NCBI GenBank assembly: GCA_951406725.2
Contig: OX597818.1
Location: forward strand, 72,478,001 to 72,542,000
Direction: 5' to 3'
Origin: Octopus vulgaris
Lineage: Eukaryota
Length of the DNA: 64,000 bases
Shown here piece after piece: positions 12,681 to 24,122 of the stretch (positions within the stretch are counted from its first letter, which is position 1; the number at the start of each line of letters is the position of its first letter). The notes under the pieces are model-generated. The model made no database searches. It was given only the letters and a program-made list of their open reading frames with translations, and was not told the origin of the DNA. The translations under genes and the position numbers were made by a program.

Positions 12681-12683
<3 letters not shown>
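11805..12683 (+). mobile_element. Non-coding PLE-type/retrozyme-like insert: inverted 5' arm, hammerhead, 165-bp tandem tail
   Basis: 11805-11933 is inverted relative to 11939-12005 and 12329-12417; tandem units start at about 12253, 12418 and 12583; flanked by (TA)n and (TC)n(TA)n. Confidence 0.75.
12156..12228 (+). ncRNA. Minimal type-I hammerhead ribozyme, loop III CATG
   Basis: ttccca-CTGATGA-a-gactg..ttcagc..gctgga..tagtt-a-GAAA-C-catg-G-TC-tgggaa; 6-bp stem I, GUC triplet. Confidence 0.88.
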
Positions 12684-12771
<88 letters not shown>

Positions 12772-13032
12772 GGAAGCGCTTAGCTTAGTGGTTAGTATAT
12801 TGAACTCATGATCGTAAGATTGTAGTTTCGATTGCTGGACCGGGTGACGCGATGTTTTCTTGAGCAAGGCACTTCATTTCACGTTACTCCAGTACTTCCA
12901 GCTGGTAGAAAGGAGTAATCCTGCGATTGACTGGCGTCCCGTCCAGTTGGGGAATATGTATGTCTTAACACCAGGAAACCGGGAAACCTTATGAATCGGT
13001 TTCATTCGAAGAGCTAAGTTTACATTTACCTT

Positions 13033-13034
<2 letters not shown>
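12772..13034 (+). mobile_element. tRNA-derived SINE
   Basis: A-box tagcttagtggttag, B-box-like gtttcgattgc, core ttcttgagcaaggcacttcatttcacgtt, tail tttacatttaccttta. Confidence 0.75.
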
Positions 13035-13114
<80 letters not shown>

Positions 13115-14946
13115 AACACACACATACACACACATATAGTATAGAGGTTTAGTCCGCAAGTGACCTAAACGATTAGGTATGCTATGTAAGTACTCTAACG
13201 GATTACTAGGGGTCCAAGGTTGTAGCCGAGACAGTAGTTATGGAGCCATTGTAGATTTCCGATATAGTGGATTGGAAATCCAAATGTAATGAACATTATT
13301 TTAAAGCTGTTTCTACTATAAGATGTGGTTGAATATGAAGTGCGCTTTATTTGGGTAAGTTACCTTTTCAGAACATACAGGCGTTATGATTAAGAAAGTT
13401 TAGTTATGAAAAGTTCTATCCAAGGAGAGAAAAAAAAGTATGCAAATATCCGCATGCACTTAGGCTAGAGTTAAAAGGGAAATATATGGGTAGATGCGCA
13501 AACTCATTCATATGCATATATATAGACACACACATGTATAGACACACATATGCACACACACATACACACACATACACACACACTCACACACACACACACG
13601 CGAAGATAAATATATTCGGAAAAACAATCACATATACAGAGCAGAGATAGGTGATTTGCGTTTTTACCTATATAGTCATACGTGTGTGGTTAAGTACTCA
13701 TATATGTCCGCCACCACAGTTGTTGGAGAACAAGAAGTTTGTAAGGAACAGGAAGGGAGAACAAGAAATTTGTAAGGCCATTGAGATTGTTTAGACATAA
13801 GACATGAATCGTAGACTATTGGGGTAAGTATCGGTCACCCCAGTGCTTAGGCTTTTTTTTTAGTTTTTGCCTTGGGATGTGCGTCCGTTCGTGTAGCTTG
13901 ACATTTTATACACGAACTAAACAGAGGTCTAATCAAGGAAATCTGAACGTTTATACACATATGTACACATACGCACACGCACACACACACACATACACAA
14001 ACTCTCTCTCTCTCTCTCTCTCCCTCACCCCGCCAATTTAAACATACAACCGAAAGAGCTACTAATAGATTCATTTTATCATGATACTTGAACCGTATAG
14101 GTATATGTGTGTGCGTGTGTGTAAACGTATAAATATCTGTATATGTGTATGCGTGTATGTGTTCGCATATATAAATATTTGTGTGAATCTGTACACATCT
14201 TTATATTTTTTCTCTGATTCATAGCTTGAAATTAATATATAGATACCATGTTTATCTTTCCAGTTATTCCATACGTAAATGCCCTGAGACGTCTTCATAG
14301 AAACCACCTAATAAGTAATTAAGTACATGAATGAATAGTAAACTGATCCTATATAGTCTTTCCTTTTTAATGCTTATAATTGATACATACTCACATTTTA
14401 CCTATTTGGGTTATGATAAATTTTATTTTTATACAACATAACAATATTGTTTATAAACAATCACCCATAGTGCCCCAAGATAAAATTTCCTCTGTATTAT
14501 CATCCTAGGTTTCTTTGCGTATTGCACCTTTAACTGGTAATTAACATCATGATTTAAAGTCTTCTCCTACCCAGCCTCTCTTTATAGAGAGCTACTTTAC
14601 ATCCAATTGACTACTAGTATCTTCTTTCCTCCCCTAGGAAAAGGGATACATATGATAATATTTATGACAATATCTAGCCATGAGCTGTCAACTCACTCTT
14701 GCCCTTTATTCAAAAGAGATACAGTCTTCTAGTCTTAGATTTAGTAGTTGATAAAGAGATAAATGAATTAGAAATAAATTACAGTCCTTTACAATGTTAT
14801 GACCCCGACGGGCTTCTGCGATTCATGGAAGTGTAGTCTATTCTTAGCCAAAATAGCGACATGATTTTCTTCCATCTTCTTGCACAGTTAACGTATTTGA
14901 GAAAAACTATATTAATGTGTCCGACTGGTTAAAATTCTATTTATTT

Positions 14947-15037
14947 GTGCATCTGAAGATGGCGCTGCATTTAAATTCATGTAATGATTGCATTCTTCAA
15001 TTAAATGGAGCCGCGTGAAACAGTCGTACAGCATCAC
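14947..15037 (+). ncRNA. Decayed hammerhead motif at the end of a probable PLE relic (~14400-15064)
   Basis: CTGAAGA 14953, long stem II (gcgct-catttaa/ttaaatg-agc-gc), GAAA-C-agtc-G-TA; stem I poor; followed by (TA)n. Confidence 0.5.
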
Positions 15038-15065
15038 TGCTTGATAACCTGTTGGTTATTTTGAT

Positions 15066-15098
<33 letters not shown>

Positions 15099-15789
15099 AT
15101 ATATTTACATATAAACATGCATACATGCACATATACACAACATGCATCTATACATGCATATATACATATATACATAGAAATACATTCACATATCCATATA
15201 CTTACATGTTCACACACACACACACACACGTATATATATATATTTATACATATATGAGCGTAGACAAAGGCACACAGAACATTGTCATTCCACGATTGCA
15301 TTTTTAAAATATACATTTCCCTTCACTTTTTAACGCGATCATATGTGATTTTAGGATGGTTCTGTTGTTACTTTGAACAGTTAAGTGATAGTGTGGATTT
15401 GTGTTCCATTGGTTAGTAAAAATAAACCTCTGCTGAAATCACATGCCATTGTTTTAGGTGACTGCGTTCAGTGAATTTTTACTCTAGTATTTTCATATAA
15501 TTGTGTCCTAGATTTGGGATCTTCATGGCCGTTATACTAACTTTCAAGTGATTTTAGTTCTAGCTACGTATTTTCTATGTTAATTGATTGAAAAGTTTTC
15601 TTATAATTTTCAGTTGTGTTTTGATCTGCATTTAATAAAGTTTTGTGGTTCCATTCTCTTAAATTTTTTCTTTATAGATATGGTATATTTTAGATATTTT
15701 TGATTTTCATCCTAACATTGTTTGAGTCTAAGGAAAACTTTTTTGTCTTTTCGATATTCATCTGCACCCTACGTATGTATGTCACTGTT

Positions 15790-16610
15790 CCGTTTTATAT
15801 CAATATTTCTTGCCAATAGAGAAAGAGCCGGTTTCTAACTTAGATCCAAGACTCCGTAATTGGAATTCTAACGTCAACAGCAGCATATTTTTGTATGTAT
15901 GTATGTACGTAGGTAGGTATATGTATGCATATGTGCAGATTTTTATGTTTTGTTTTATGTATGTATTCTCATTCATATAGTTGCATATCTAGACATGCTC
16001 ATATATATTTTAAAATGATAAACGTCTGGAAAGTATTACAGATATTTACAGTTCCAGTGATGGATTGGGTCTTTCGTCTTCGAATTTCTCGGGATTGGTA
16101 ATTAGGTGGAGTGTTACATGTCCCAGAGCCCCAATAATTACAGGTATAAACCTGAACTTGTAATGTGGATAGAGTAACTGCAGATTTCTCAATAGTTCAG
16201 CGTAGATATTCTCTTTTTCACTGATCTTCAGCTTTATGTTAACATCCGCTGGACAGCTAATTTCCACAACTGTACACAGTTTATCTTCTCTATCCCAAAT
16301 CAATATATCAGGTCTGATGTGCATACATTTTATTGAGGTCTTCTCTGGGATATTTCACTGGATATTCTACCAGTACTCCTTTTTAATATGAGTGACTATG
16401 GCTTCTATTATATTGTGGGTTCTTATTTCTTTGTCCTCGGGCTTATCCTTCCGACGAATTGCATTATAGAGTATCCTAGCTAAAATATCATGTCTTGTCA
16501 GTAGATAATACCATGATGACATTTTTGAACAACTCCTTATAATGTGGGTAATATCTTCGGTGTTAACTCCACAAATTCTGCATCGGTTGTCACATTTTAT
16601 TGCATTTCCT
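15790..16610 (-). mobile_element. 3' relic of a non-LTR retrotransposon with restriction-like endonuclease (R4/Dong/NeSL-type)
   Basis: CRICGVNTEDITHIIRSC (CCHC), RHDILARILY, RPDILIWD...VVEISCPAD...EKENIY...IPVIIGALG. Confidence 0.88.
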
Positions 16611-16727
16611 GCATCTCTATCCCTGCACATATAAGCATATGCGTGTACGTATGCATATGTATACGTAAGTATATGCACACATGTATAGATATATACACTC
16701 ACATACACGCTCACACACTCACATACA

Positions 16728-16773
<46 letters not shown>

Positions 16774-17141
16774 TACAGATATACTGAACCGTTGTCCCAA
16801 TAGAAGAATGCCAGTATTCTCTGTTTAAACGGTTCTAGGAAGAAAGATTAATGAGTTAATGAGTTAGAAATTATGAACGAGAGTTGTGTGGATTAATAAT
16901 TGTAACTGGTGACACTAACAAAATACTGTAGAACTAGAACTTTTACTGAGGAGTTATTTACTTAAGTATGGCGATTTATACTGCGACAGTGTAGAAGCAA
17001 AAATTGTCGAATCAAATAAAGACCGAATGTTACATGCGAGTTCTCAGGAAGGAAATACTTGGAGGTAGAAGTAGAACAGGGACATTACAACTACACACAC
17101 ACACATGCACACACAGAAACACTCAAACACACACACACATG

Positions 17142-17172
<31 letters not shown>

Positions 17173-17220
17173 AAACACACACACACACACACACACGCAC
17201 AAACGCACACACACACACAC

Positions 17221-17260
<40 letters not shown>

Positions 17261-17967
17261 CAGAGTGTAATTTGATGAATTAAAGCGTTTGGTTCCTCCC
17301 ATCGCCAAGATGCTTTTGCTTTTCAGCATATAAATGTTTAAATATATGATCCTTTAGTCTATGTGGTCTAATAACAGAACATCTAGTTTTTGGGAGAGCA
17401 TTACATTATACTATTTCCAGGGATGCGATATTAATATATATATAATTGTCTACATTGTTAGAAATATGCTCTAATGCTGCAGTTAACGCACATGAATGAA
17501 AACATACGTTCTAACAGTGACATGAATCATCCGAAAAAGTCTGATCGAGAATTCTTAATACTGACATCAGTTTTTGTCAATTTCCGTTGCTTCATTAGTT
17601 AAGTCCGTTCGATCTTCGTTATTTTCCAAACTTGCTTCACTATTGGTATATATGTTTTTGTCATCTAAATTAACGGAAAATTTAGCGATTCACTAATGTG
17701 TATACATAAAATTAATATAAACAGCAGGTTACAATGTTTTACTAAACAGGGTGAATTATAATTGTCTCTAAATGTGACTTTTGTCTTATCCTCGCACACG
17801 TTCGTTAGCCTTTTCCTGTAGCTCCCGTTGATAATGGTGGTCTTGGTTTTAATTAGCGTGAAACTACTAAGTCGTCTCGGAAACCAACAGATGAAAAAAT
17901 CCTTGTATCGTGCTTTTGTTTCGTCTAGTTTTCCCTTCTCTGTCTAACTTTCGAAATATATATATGT

Positions 17968-18370
17968 GCAGGCGTGGCTGTGTGGTAAGAAACTTGCGTT
18001 CCAATCACATGGTTCCGGGTTCAGTCCTACTGTGTAGCACCTTGGGCATGTGTCTTCTACTCTAGCCTCGGGCCGACCAAAGCCTTGTGACTGGATTTGG
18101 TAGACGAAAAATTGAAAGAAGCCCGTTGTATATACATACATACATATATATATGTTTATGTATTTGCGTGTTTGTGTCTGTGTTTGTTCGCCCACCATCG
18201 ATTAACAACCGATGTTGGTGTGTTTACGTCTCCGTAGCATAGCGGTTCGGCCAAAAGGTCCGACAGAATAAGTACTAGGCTTGCAAAGAATAAGTTCAGG
18301 GGGTCGATTTCTCCGACTAAAAAAGGCAGTACAACAATCAAAATAACTGAAGCAAGTAAAAGAATAAAAA
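17968..18370 (+). mobile_element. Abundant tRNA-derived SINE with internal microsatellite
   Basis: Head gcaggcgtggctgtgtggtaaga, gggttcagtcc; related copies at 23985, 26750, 34745, 36303, 49445 and 49838. Confidence 0.85.
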
Positions 18371-18489
18371 AAAAACATACATATATATACGCCACCCTAA
18401 ATTTTGTCTTTCTCTTCACCTCCTGTCAATCTTCTACTTTTGTTTTGACTCTGTAATAGACATCTCTTCAGTGCCATAAATTAGACACC

Positions 18490-18890
18490 ACTTCAGTTTC
18501 TCTAAACGATAACTATTCTCTGCAAAGAATATTTTTTTAAAACATAAGAACGCCGGTGATAGTTCAAGAAATATTCCTCTAAAAAATTATGGCCGGACGA
18601 GTTGTCTTCCTTCGATTCATAGCTAGGTTTTCCAATGTTGAAGTAAACATTTCCGAAAATGTGGACAACTCCGCACGGCTTCCATCCTGGAGTTCAGGTA
18701 GCTTCCTGGCTCATGTGGGTTCATAAGGATTATATATCTTTCTGCTACACACAATTTATACAGTCTTGTTCCATTGCGATAGGGTCCATAAGTTTCCAGT
18801 AATTTCCACGGACAGAGCCAGACTGTTCATGAAGGATTAGAAATGAATGCCCAGTGGACGGCCGATGTAATACCGAGGCTACAGTGAACT
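18490..18890 (-). mobile_element. PLE relic of the same family as 22053-22851 (EN end and pLTR), with a short plus-strand piece at ~18855-18890
   Basis: 18490-18770 matches the reverse complement of 22510-22790; ggacggccgatgtaataccgaggctacagtg matches 22222-22250. Confidence 0.75.
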
Positions 18891-20230
18891 ACCGCCTTCT
18901 ATCCTTCCTCACACCGATCCCCAACTGCATCCCCTTTCCACTCCTCCACCCAACCCCTTCGTCGGAAGTTCCTCCGGGCCTTCCGTCGCCACCAGCTAGA
19001 TACTATCAACCTCCCTATTTTCTTCAACCTACCCTTGCACTCCTTCAGATGAATTCCTAACCTACGTGACCTACTAGCCCGTAGTTCTCTCCACACTCCA
19101 TTCCAGCCCAACCCGGACCCTTCCCTTGCTCAGACCCCATTGTCATACCTGTCCTTTCATCACCAACACCATCCCTCACTGGATACACTCAGCACACACT
19201 CTACATTAGGAACTCCTTTTCCTACACTTCTTCAAGCCTCATCTACTGCATCAGATTCAATCTTTGAAATAAACTTTACATTGATCAGACGGGCTGCCGG
19301 CTAGCCGACCGGTTCACTGTACATCTACGAGACATTCGTCTACGTAAGAACTCTCCCATCCCACGTCATTTTCACTTGGTGGACCAATCCACCTCAGATC
19401 TCCATCCTCTTCGGCCTTGCCCTGCACCATGGGTCCAACTCTAGACTCCGCCTAAAAGAGCGTTACATTTCCACTCAGTGTACTCAAATTACTTCCTGAC
19501 TCAACACACGCCCCTTAAAAAGAAAAACATTTTACTCTATATTAAATTTTATTCGTTTATTTCATTATTTTTTAAATTATTTTTTATAATTTCTATTTAT
19601 TTCTGTTCCTGGTTTATTCACATAAGCTTTTTCATATTTTTTTTATTATTACTAATTTTTATTTCTGGTTATTTATTTGTATTATGTTTGATTTTTTATA
19701 TTCCTATACCACATACCACACACACACACACCCGCGCATACACACACACCCGCGCATACACACACACACGTCCGCTACACCAAAGCAACAACACACCCCA
19801 TCTCTCCCCCTCTCTCTCTCACGCACGCACAGACATATAAACGCACACATACCTCCACACACACAACACACAATTCACATACACATCAACACATATTCAG
19901 GCATGTATATATATTTCCACACACACGCTCATACGCACTTAGACACGTACATACACACATACGCACGTTACCACACACACACATACCGACCAGCTTCATA
20001 CTCTCTTGTCTCAGAAATCACATTCTCCTCCTCCTTCTACTTCTGGTCACTTCAAAAATGTAACCACGCGTGGACTGTTGGCGATGTTTTTCCTCCTTTC
20101 TTCTTTCCCTTTCGACTTTCCTGTCTTTCCTGTTTCCGAAGAGGAGATGCGGTCGAAACGTAAAACAACTACTCCCTTCCTTCTCCTTATGCACACAGAC
20201 ACAAACACACACACACACACACAAACATAA
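18890..20230 (+). mobile_element. Neptune/Poseidon-type PLE relic: GIY-YIG region and pLTR
   Basis: PNLRDLLARSSL...PFPC..HCHTCPF...FSYTSSSLIYCI...LYIDQTGCRLADRFTVHLRDIR...PIPRHF; minimal hammerhead-like gttt-CCGAAGA..GAAA-CG-TA-aaac at ~20132-20166. Confidence 0.8.
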
Positions 20231-20394
20231 TATGTGTGTGCGTGCGTGTGCGTGTGTGTGTGTGTTTGTGTGTGTGTCTGTATCTTTGTGCATAAGGAGA
20301 AGAAGGGAGTAGCTGTTTTACGTCTCGAGCACATCTCTTCGGAAACAGGAAAGACAGGAAAGTCTAAAGGAAAAGAAGACAGAACGGAATACCT

Positions 20395-20584
20395 ATTTCT
20401 TTACTACCCGCAAGGGGCTAAACACAGAGAGGACAAACAAGGACAGACAAACGGATTAACTCGATTATATCGATCCCAGTGCGTAACTGGTACTTAATTT
20501 ATCGACCCCGAGGGATGAAAGGCAGACGAAATACGGCTACGCATTTCGCCCGGCGTGCTAACGTTTCTGCCAGCTCGCCGCCTT
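20395..20584 (-). mobile_element. tRNA-derived SINE with 17-bp target-site duplication
   Basis: gacagaacggaatacct at 20378-20394 and 20585-20601; head aaggcggcgagctggcagaaacgttagc on the minus strand. Confidence 0.9.
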
Positions 20585-20597
20585 GACAGAACGGAAT

Positions 20598-21545
20598 ACC
20601 TCCGAGACATCTGACTTGGCAATGACACCCCGGTCTCCCGCCATTTCCGCTCTACCGGTTACTCTTTGCAACACCTGTCCGTGTTCAGATTGCCCTTCAA
20701 CAGGTGCCCTCCGGACTCCCGTTTGCGCCGTGAACAGGGATTAATCTTCTCTCTTCGCTACTTTGAGCCACATGGGCTCAACTCTCCTCCCTCACCTCTC
20801 TCCCCTCACACCTACTTCCTCCCACCCACATCTCCTCTCTTGCTCCGACTCCTACTTCTTCTCTTCACTTCTACTCTCCTTCTCTTCACTCCTACCCACC
20901 TTTCCTTCATCGTCATCCCTTCCTCGTAACCCCACCTTCCCTATACTTTCATTCCCACCCCACCCCATCCCTTACAATCACTGCCATATACCTTACCTCT
21001 ACCCCCACTCTCATCCTAACCCACATCCACCCTTACTTTCCCCACTCTCACCTCGCCCACCTAAAAGCACCATGACACCAAACCACATACCACACCACAC
21101 ACGACTACACCATACACACGATACACACCATACCACACAACACATCACATCACACTACCACGCACACACTAGCACTGACCATTTCCCAGCCCCACATCTT
21201 CACACATACACATACGCTCACGCCTACGTCAAGGTCACCAGCCCTCTTCCACACGCACATACATACTCTCTTATACAAAACGCACGTGCACCTTAGTTTT
21301 GGGATCACTACTACTTTATTATCTTCCCTTCTTCCTAGCTCTGCTTCTGTTCGGCATTCGCTATGACAGATCGCTAGCCACTACGCATTCTTTATTTTCT
21401 CTCCTTGTTTCTTTCTGTGTTCATTTCTGTGGAAGAGCGTAGGCTGGAAACGTTAAAGCCTTTTTCACTTCCTGAGAGTTAAACTAATAAATCTGTTTGT
21501 TCTCTACACCACCTTCCTGCGTATTTTGTATTTTTTGTGAATTTC

Positions 21546-21550
<5 letters not shown>
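20598..21550 (+). mobile_element. Second Neptune/Poseidon-type PLE relic (EN C-terminus and tail)
   Basis: YLRDI*LGNDTPVSRHFRSTGYSLQHLSVF...RLRREQGLIFSLRYFEPHGLN; decayed ...GAAGA gc gtag gc..GAAACGTT near 21430-21455; ends in (TA)n. Confidence 0.75.
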
Positions 21551-21624
<74 letters not shown>

Positions 21625-21970
21625 TAATGATAATGACCCCCTTCGGTCAGACACTGACCATGGGTTTGCACCTAGAGAATTACCCTCTGAGGCACAAGTC
21701 TGGGCAAGGTTGTTTTATGGAAGACCAGCAGTCGCCCATGCATACCGGTCTCCCCTCTCCACGTCACCGATGTTGTCCAAGGGAAAGGCAAGGGCTGATA
21801 CAGCTTCGCACCTGTGACGTCGCAACTCATTTCTACAGCTGAGTGAACTGGAGCAACGTGAAATAAAGCGTCTTGCTCAAGAACACAACACGCAGCCCGG
21901 TCCGGGATTCGAACTCACAACCTCACGATCGTAAGCTCGACACTCTAACCACTGAGCCACGCGCCTTCAC
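21625..21970 (-). mobile_element. Full-length, young-looking tRNA-derived SINE
   Basis: Minus strand: gaaggcgcgtggctcagtggttagag (A-box), gagttcgaatccc (B-box), tail tcattatcatta. Confidence 0.88.
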
Positions 21971-22052
21971 ATATATACATATATATATATATCTTCGTTA
22001 CAATATCATAAGTTAAGAGCATACCCTACAAAATATAGAGTAGTTATTTATT

Positions 22053-22850
22053 TGTGTATATGTAACGTAAGTTTAGAAAGAAACCATTGGTTTCATATCT
22101 AACGTGAACTAGACATTTCTTCAGTTTCTCTAAAGAGTAACCGTTCTCTGCAGGGAATGTTTGCTTTAAAATACAAGACAGCCGGTGAGAGTTCAAGAAA
22201 TAATTCTCTTTAAAAATATAGCCGGCCGATGTAACATTGAGGCTACAGTATACCAAGCAAAGATAACCTCAAACGGAAGCAGTACAAACATCAATAACAT
22301 CAATGCCAAAACAGGGACACAAACTGAAATTTATGTCGGATCCTGTGAATCTAGATTTAAAATTTGTCTGAACAAACGCAGTTCTTCTTTCAGGGTCCCG
22401 CAAAGGCGCAACACAACACTTGAAGCATACGTATGACGCCTAAAGGACGATTATATATCCCTTAACATCAAGTAGAAATTCTTGAAAGCTTGTGGACCCT
22501 CTCGTAATGGAACAAGAGTGTGTAAATTGTGTTCAGTAAAAAGATCTATAATTCTCATGAATTCATATGAGCCAGGAGGCTACCTTAACTCCAGCTCGGA
22601 AGTCGTGGGGAGTTGTCCACATTTTCGGAAATTTTTACTTCAAAATTGGAAAATCTAGCCATGAATCGAAGGAAGACAACTCGACCGGTGATATTTTTAA
22701 GGATGATTATTTCTTGAACTATCATCGGCGTTCTTGTGTTTTAAAAAAAACATTCTTTGCAAAGAACGGTTACTGTTTAGAGAAACTGAAGAGATTCACG
22801 CTAGATATGAAACCAATGGGGTTTTATCTAAACTTACGTTACACATACGC

Positions 22851-22851
<1 letters not shown>
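22053..22851 (+). mobile_element. 5'-truncated PLE homologous to the 8349-11383 element, with inverted pLTR at its 5' end
   Basis: GRCNIEATVYQAKI...IYVGSCESRFK...CKLC...LNSSSEVVGSCPH aligns by eye with the EN of ORF 9103; arms 22053-22229 and 22681-22851 are inverted; CTGAAGA..GAAA-cc-aat-gg-TT motif in the arms. Confidence 0.85.
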
Positions 22852-22884
<33 letters not shown>

Positions 22885-22896
22885 GTGTGTGTGCAC

Positions 22897-22933
<37 letters not shown>

Positions 22934-22939
<6 letters not shown>

Positions 22940-23345
22940 TATTATATTAGAGACAAAACCACTATTATGCAAATCAAACAAAGAAAGACTTAAATTAATT
23001 TATATTATTTAGAAATTTAACAATTATTAAAATCCACTATTATCGTTTCATGTCTTCTTTTATCACATAAAACTCGTCAAGAATATTTTGAAACCACCTG
23101 AAGAATGTCTACTACTCAAAGATGTGATAAAAGAAGACATGAAACGATCGTAGTGGATTTTAATAATTGTTAAATTTCTAAATAATATAAATTAATTTAT
23201 GTATTGACTTAAGTCTTTCTTTGTTTGATTTGCATAATTGTGGTTTTGTCTCTAATATAATATAATATAATATTTTACTATAAAATTGGATTCAATCCTA
23301 AATCTGATTTTTCCCTGTAAGTTTGGATTTATTCCCTAATATTTA

Positions 23346-23352
<7 letters not shown>
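22934..23352 (+). mobile_element. Non-coding inverted-repeat insert (pLTR-only) in (TA)n
   Basis: Arms 22934-23068 and 23122-23270; 3' tail ttttccctgtaagtttgga shared with ~23450, ~59455 and ~60700. Confidence 0.8.
23094..23156 (+). ncRNA. Minimal type-I hammerhead ribozyme, loop III GATC
   Basis: ccac-CTGAAGA-atgtct...agacat-GAAA-C-gatc-G-TA-gtgg; all stems and the core canonical. Confidence 0.9.
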
Positions 23353-23384
<32 letters not shown>

Positions 23385-23504
23385 GTATGTATATATGTGT
23401 GTCTTTGAGAGGAATTTGTCCCCCGCAGCAATTTAGTATTACTAAATTGAATTTTTCCCTGTAAGTTTGGAATCCTATTCCTTAATATTATATATATATA
23501 TATA

Positions 23505-23942
23505 TAGTGGTTAGCCATATTTAGATGGCAAAAATACTTCACATTGTCGTGCAGTAACTGTCTATACCTCATTCCGAGATTTATTATTGCTTGTTTACAC
23601 TTTTTGAAGATCAGTGACGAAAAGTCACTGGAAAAAGTATATAGGTATTTGCATTGGGAAACTTCCATCGAAAACCGGTGATTGTCGTTCGCTGATGACG
23701 GGTCAATGCCCAGAAACAGCAGTCGGTGCGTATCACGTAGGTTGACAAGGGAAGGATGACCTCCCTTTGCAAATACCGATAGGGCACAGAAAGTGTGTCA
23801 ATAGACAGCTGGAGAAGATGTTCTCCTGGGTCTACATGCTACAGTAACATACACCCTTAGTGGTTAGCCATATTTAGATGGCAAATATACTTCACATTGT
23901 CGTGCAGTTACTGTCTATACCTCGTTCAGAGATTTATTATTG

Positions 23943-23944
<2 letters not shown>
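23505..23944 (+). mobile_element. Partial-tandem non-coding element (353-bp monomer + 87-bp repeat) in (TA)n with hammerhead core
   Basis: Direct repeats 23505-23591 and 23858-23944; CTGATGA-c-ggg-tcaatg-ccc-a-GAAA-C-agca-G-TC at 23692-23724, stem I decayed. Confidence 0.75.
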
Positions 23945-23984
<40 letters not shown>

Positions 23985-24122
23985 GACGGGGTTCCTTCGG
24001 TTTCCATCTGCCAAATTCACTCAGTAGGCTTAGCAGTAGCCACTTGACCAACCAAGGTGTTATGCAGTACGATTGACCCGTTCTCGTGCGGTAGGGAAGC
24101 GAACGTCTTACCACACAGCCAC
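23985..24122 (-). mobile_element. SINE 5' fragment
   Basis: Reverse complement of the head gtggctgtgtggtaaga and of ...gatggaaaccgaaggaaccccgtcgtat. Confidence 0.65.

Noticed and set aside
12253-12683. Regularly spaced repeats resembling a CRISPR array
   Set aside because: Whole 165-bp units are repeated with no unique spacers; eukaryotic context, no cas genes
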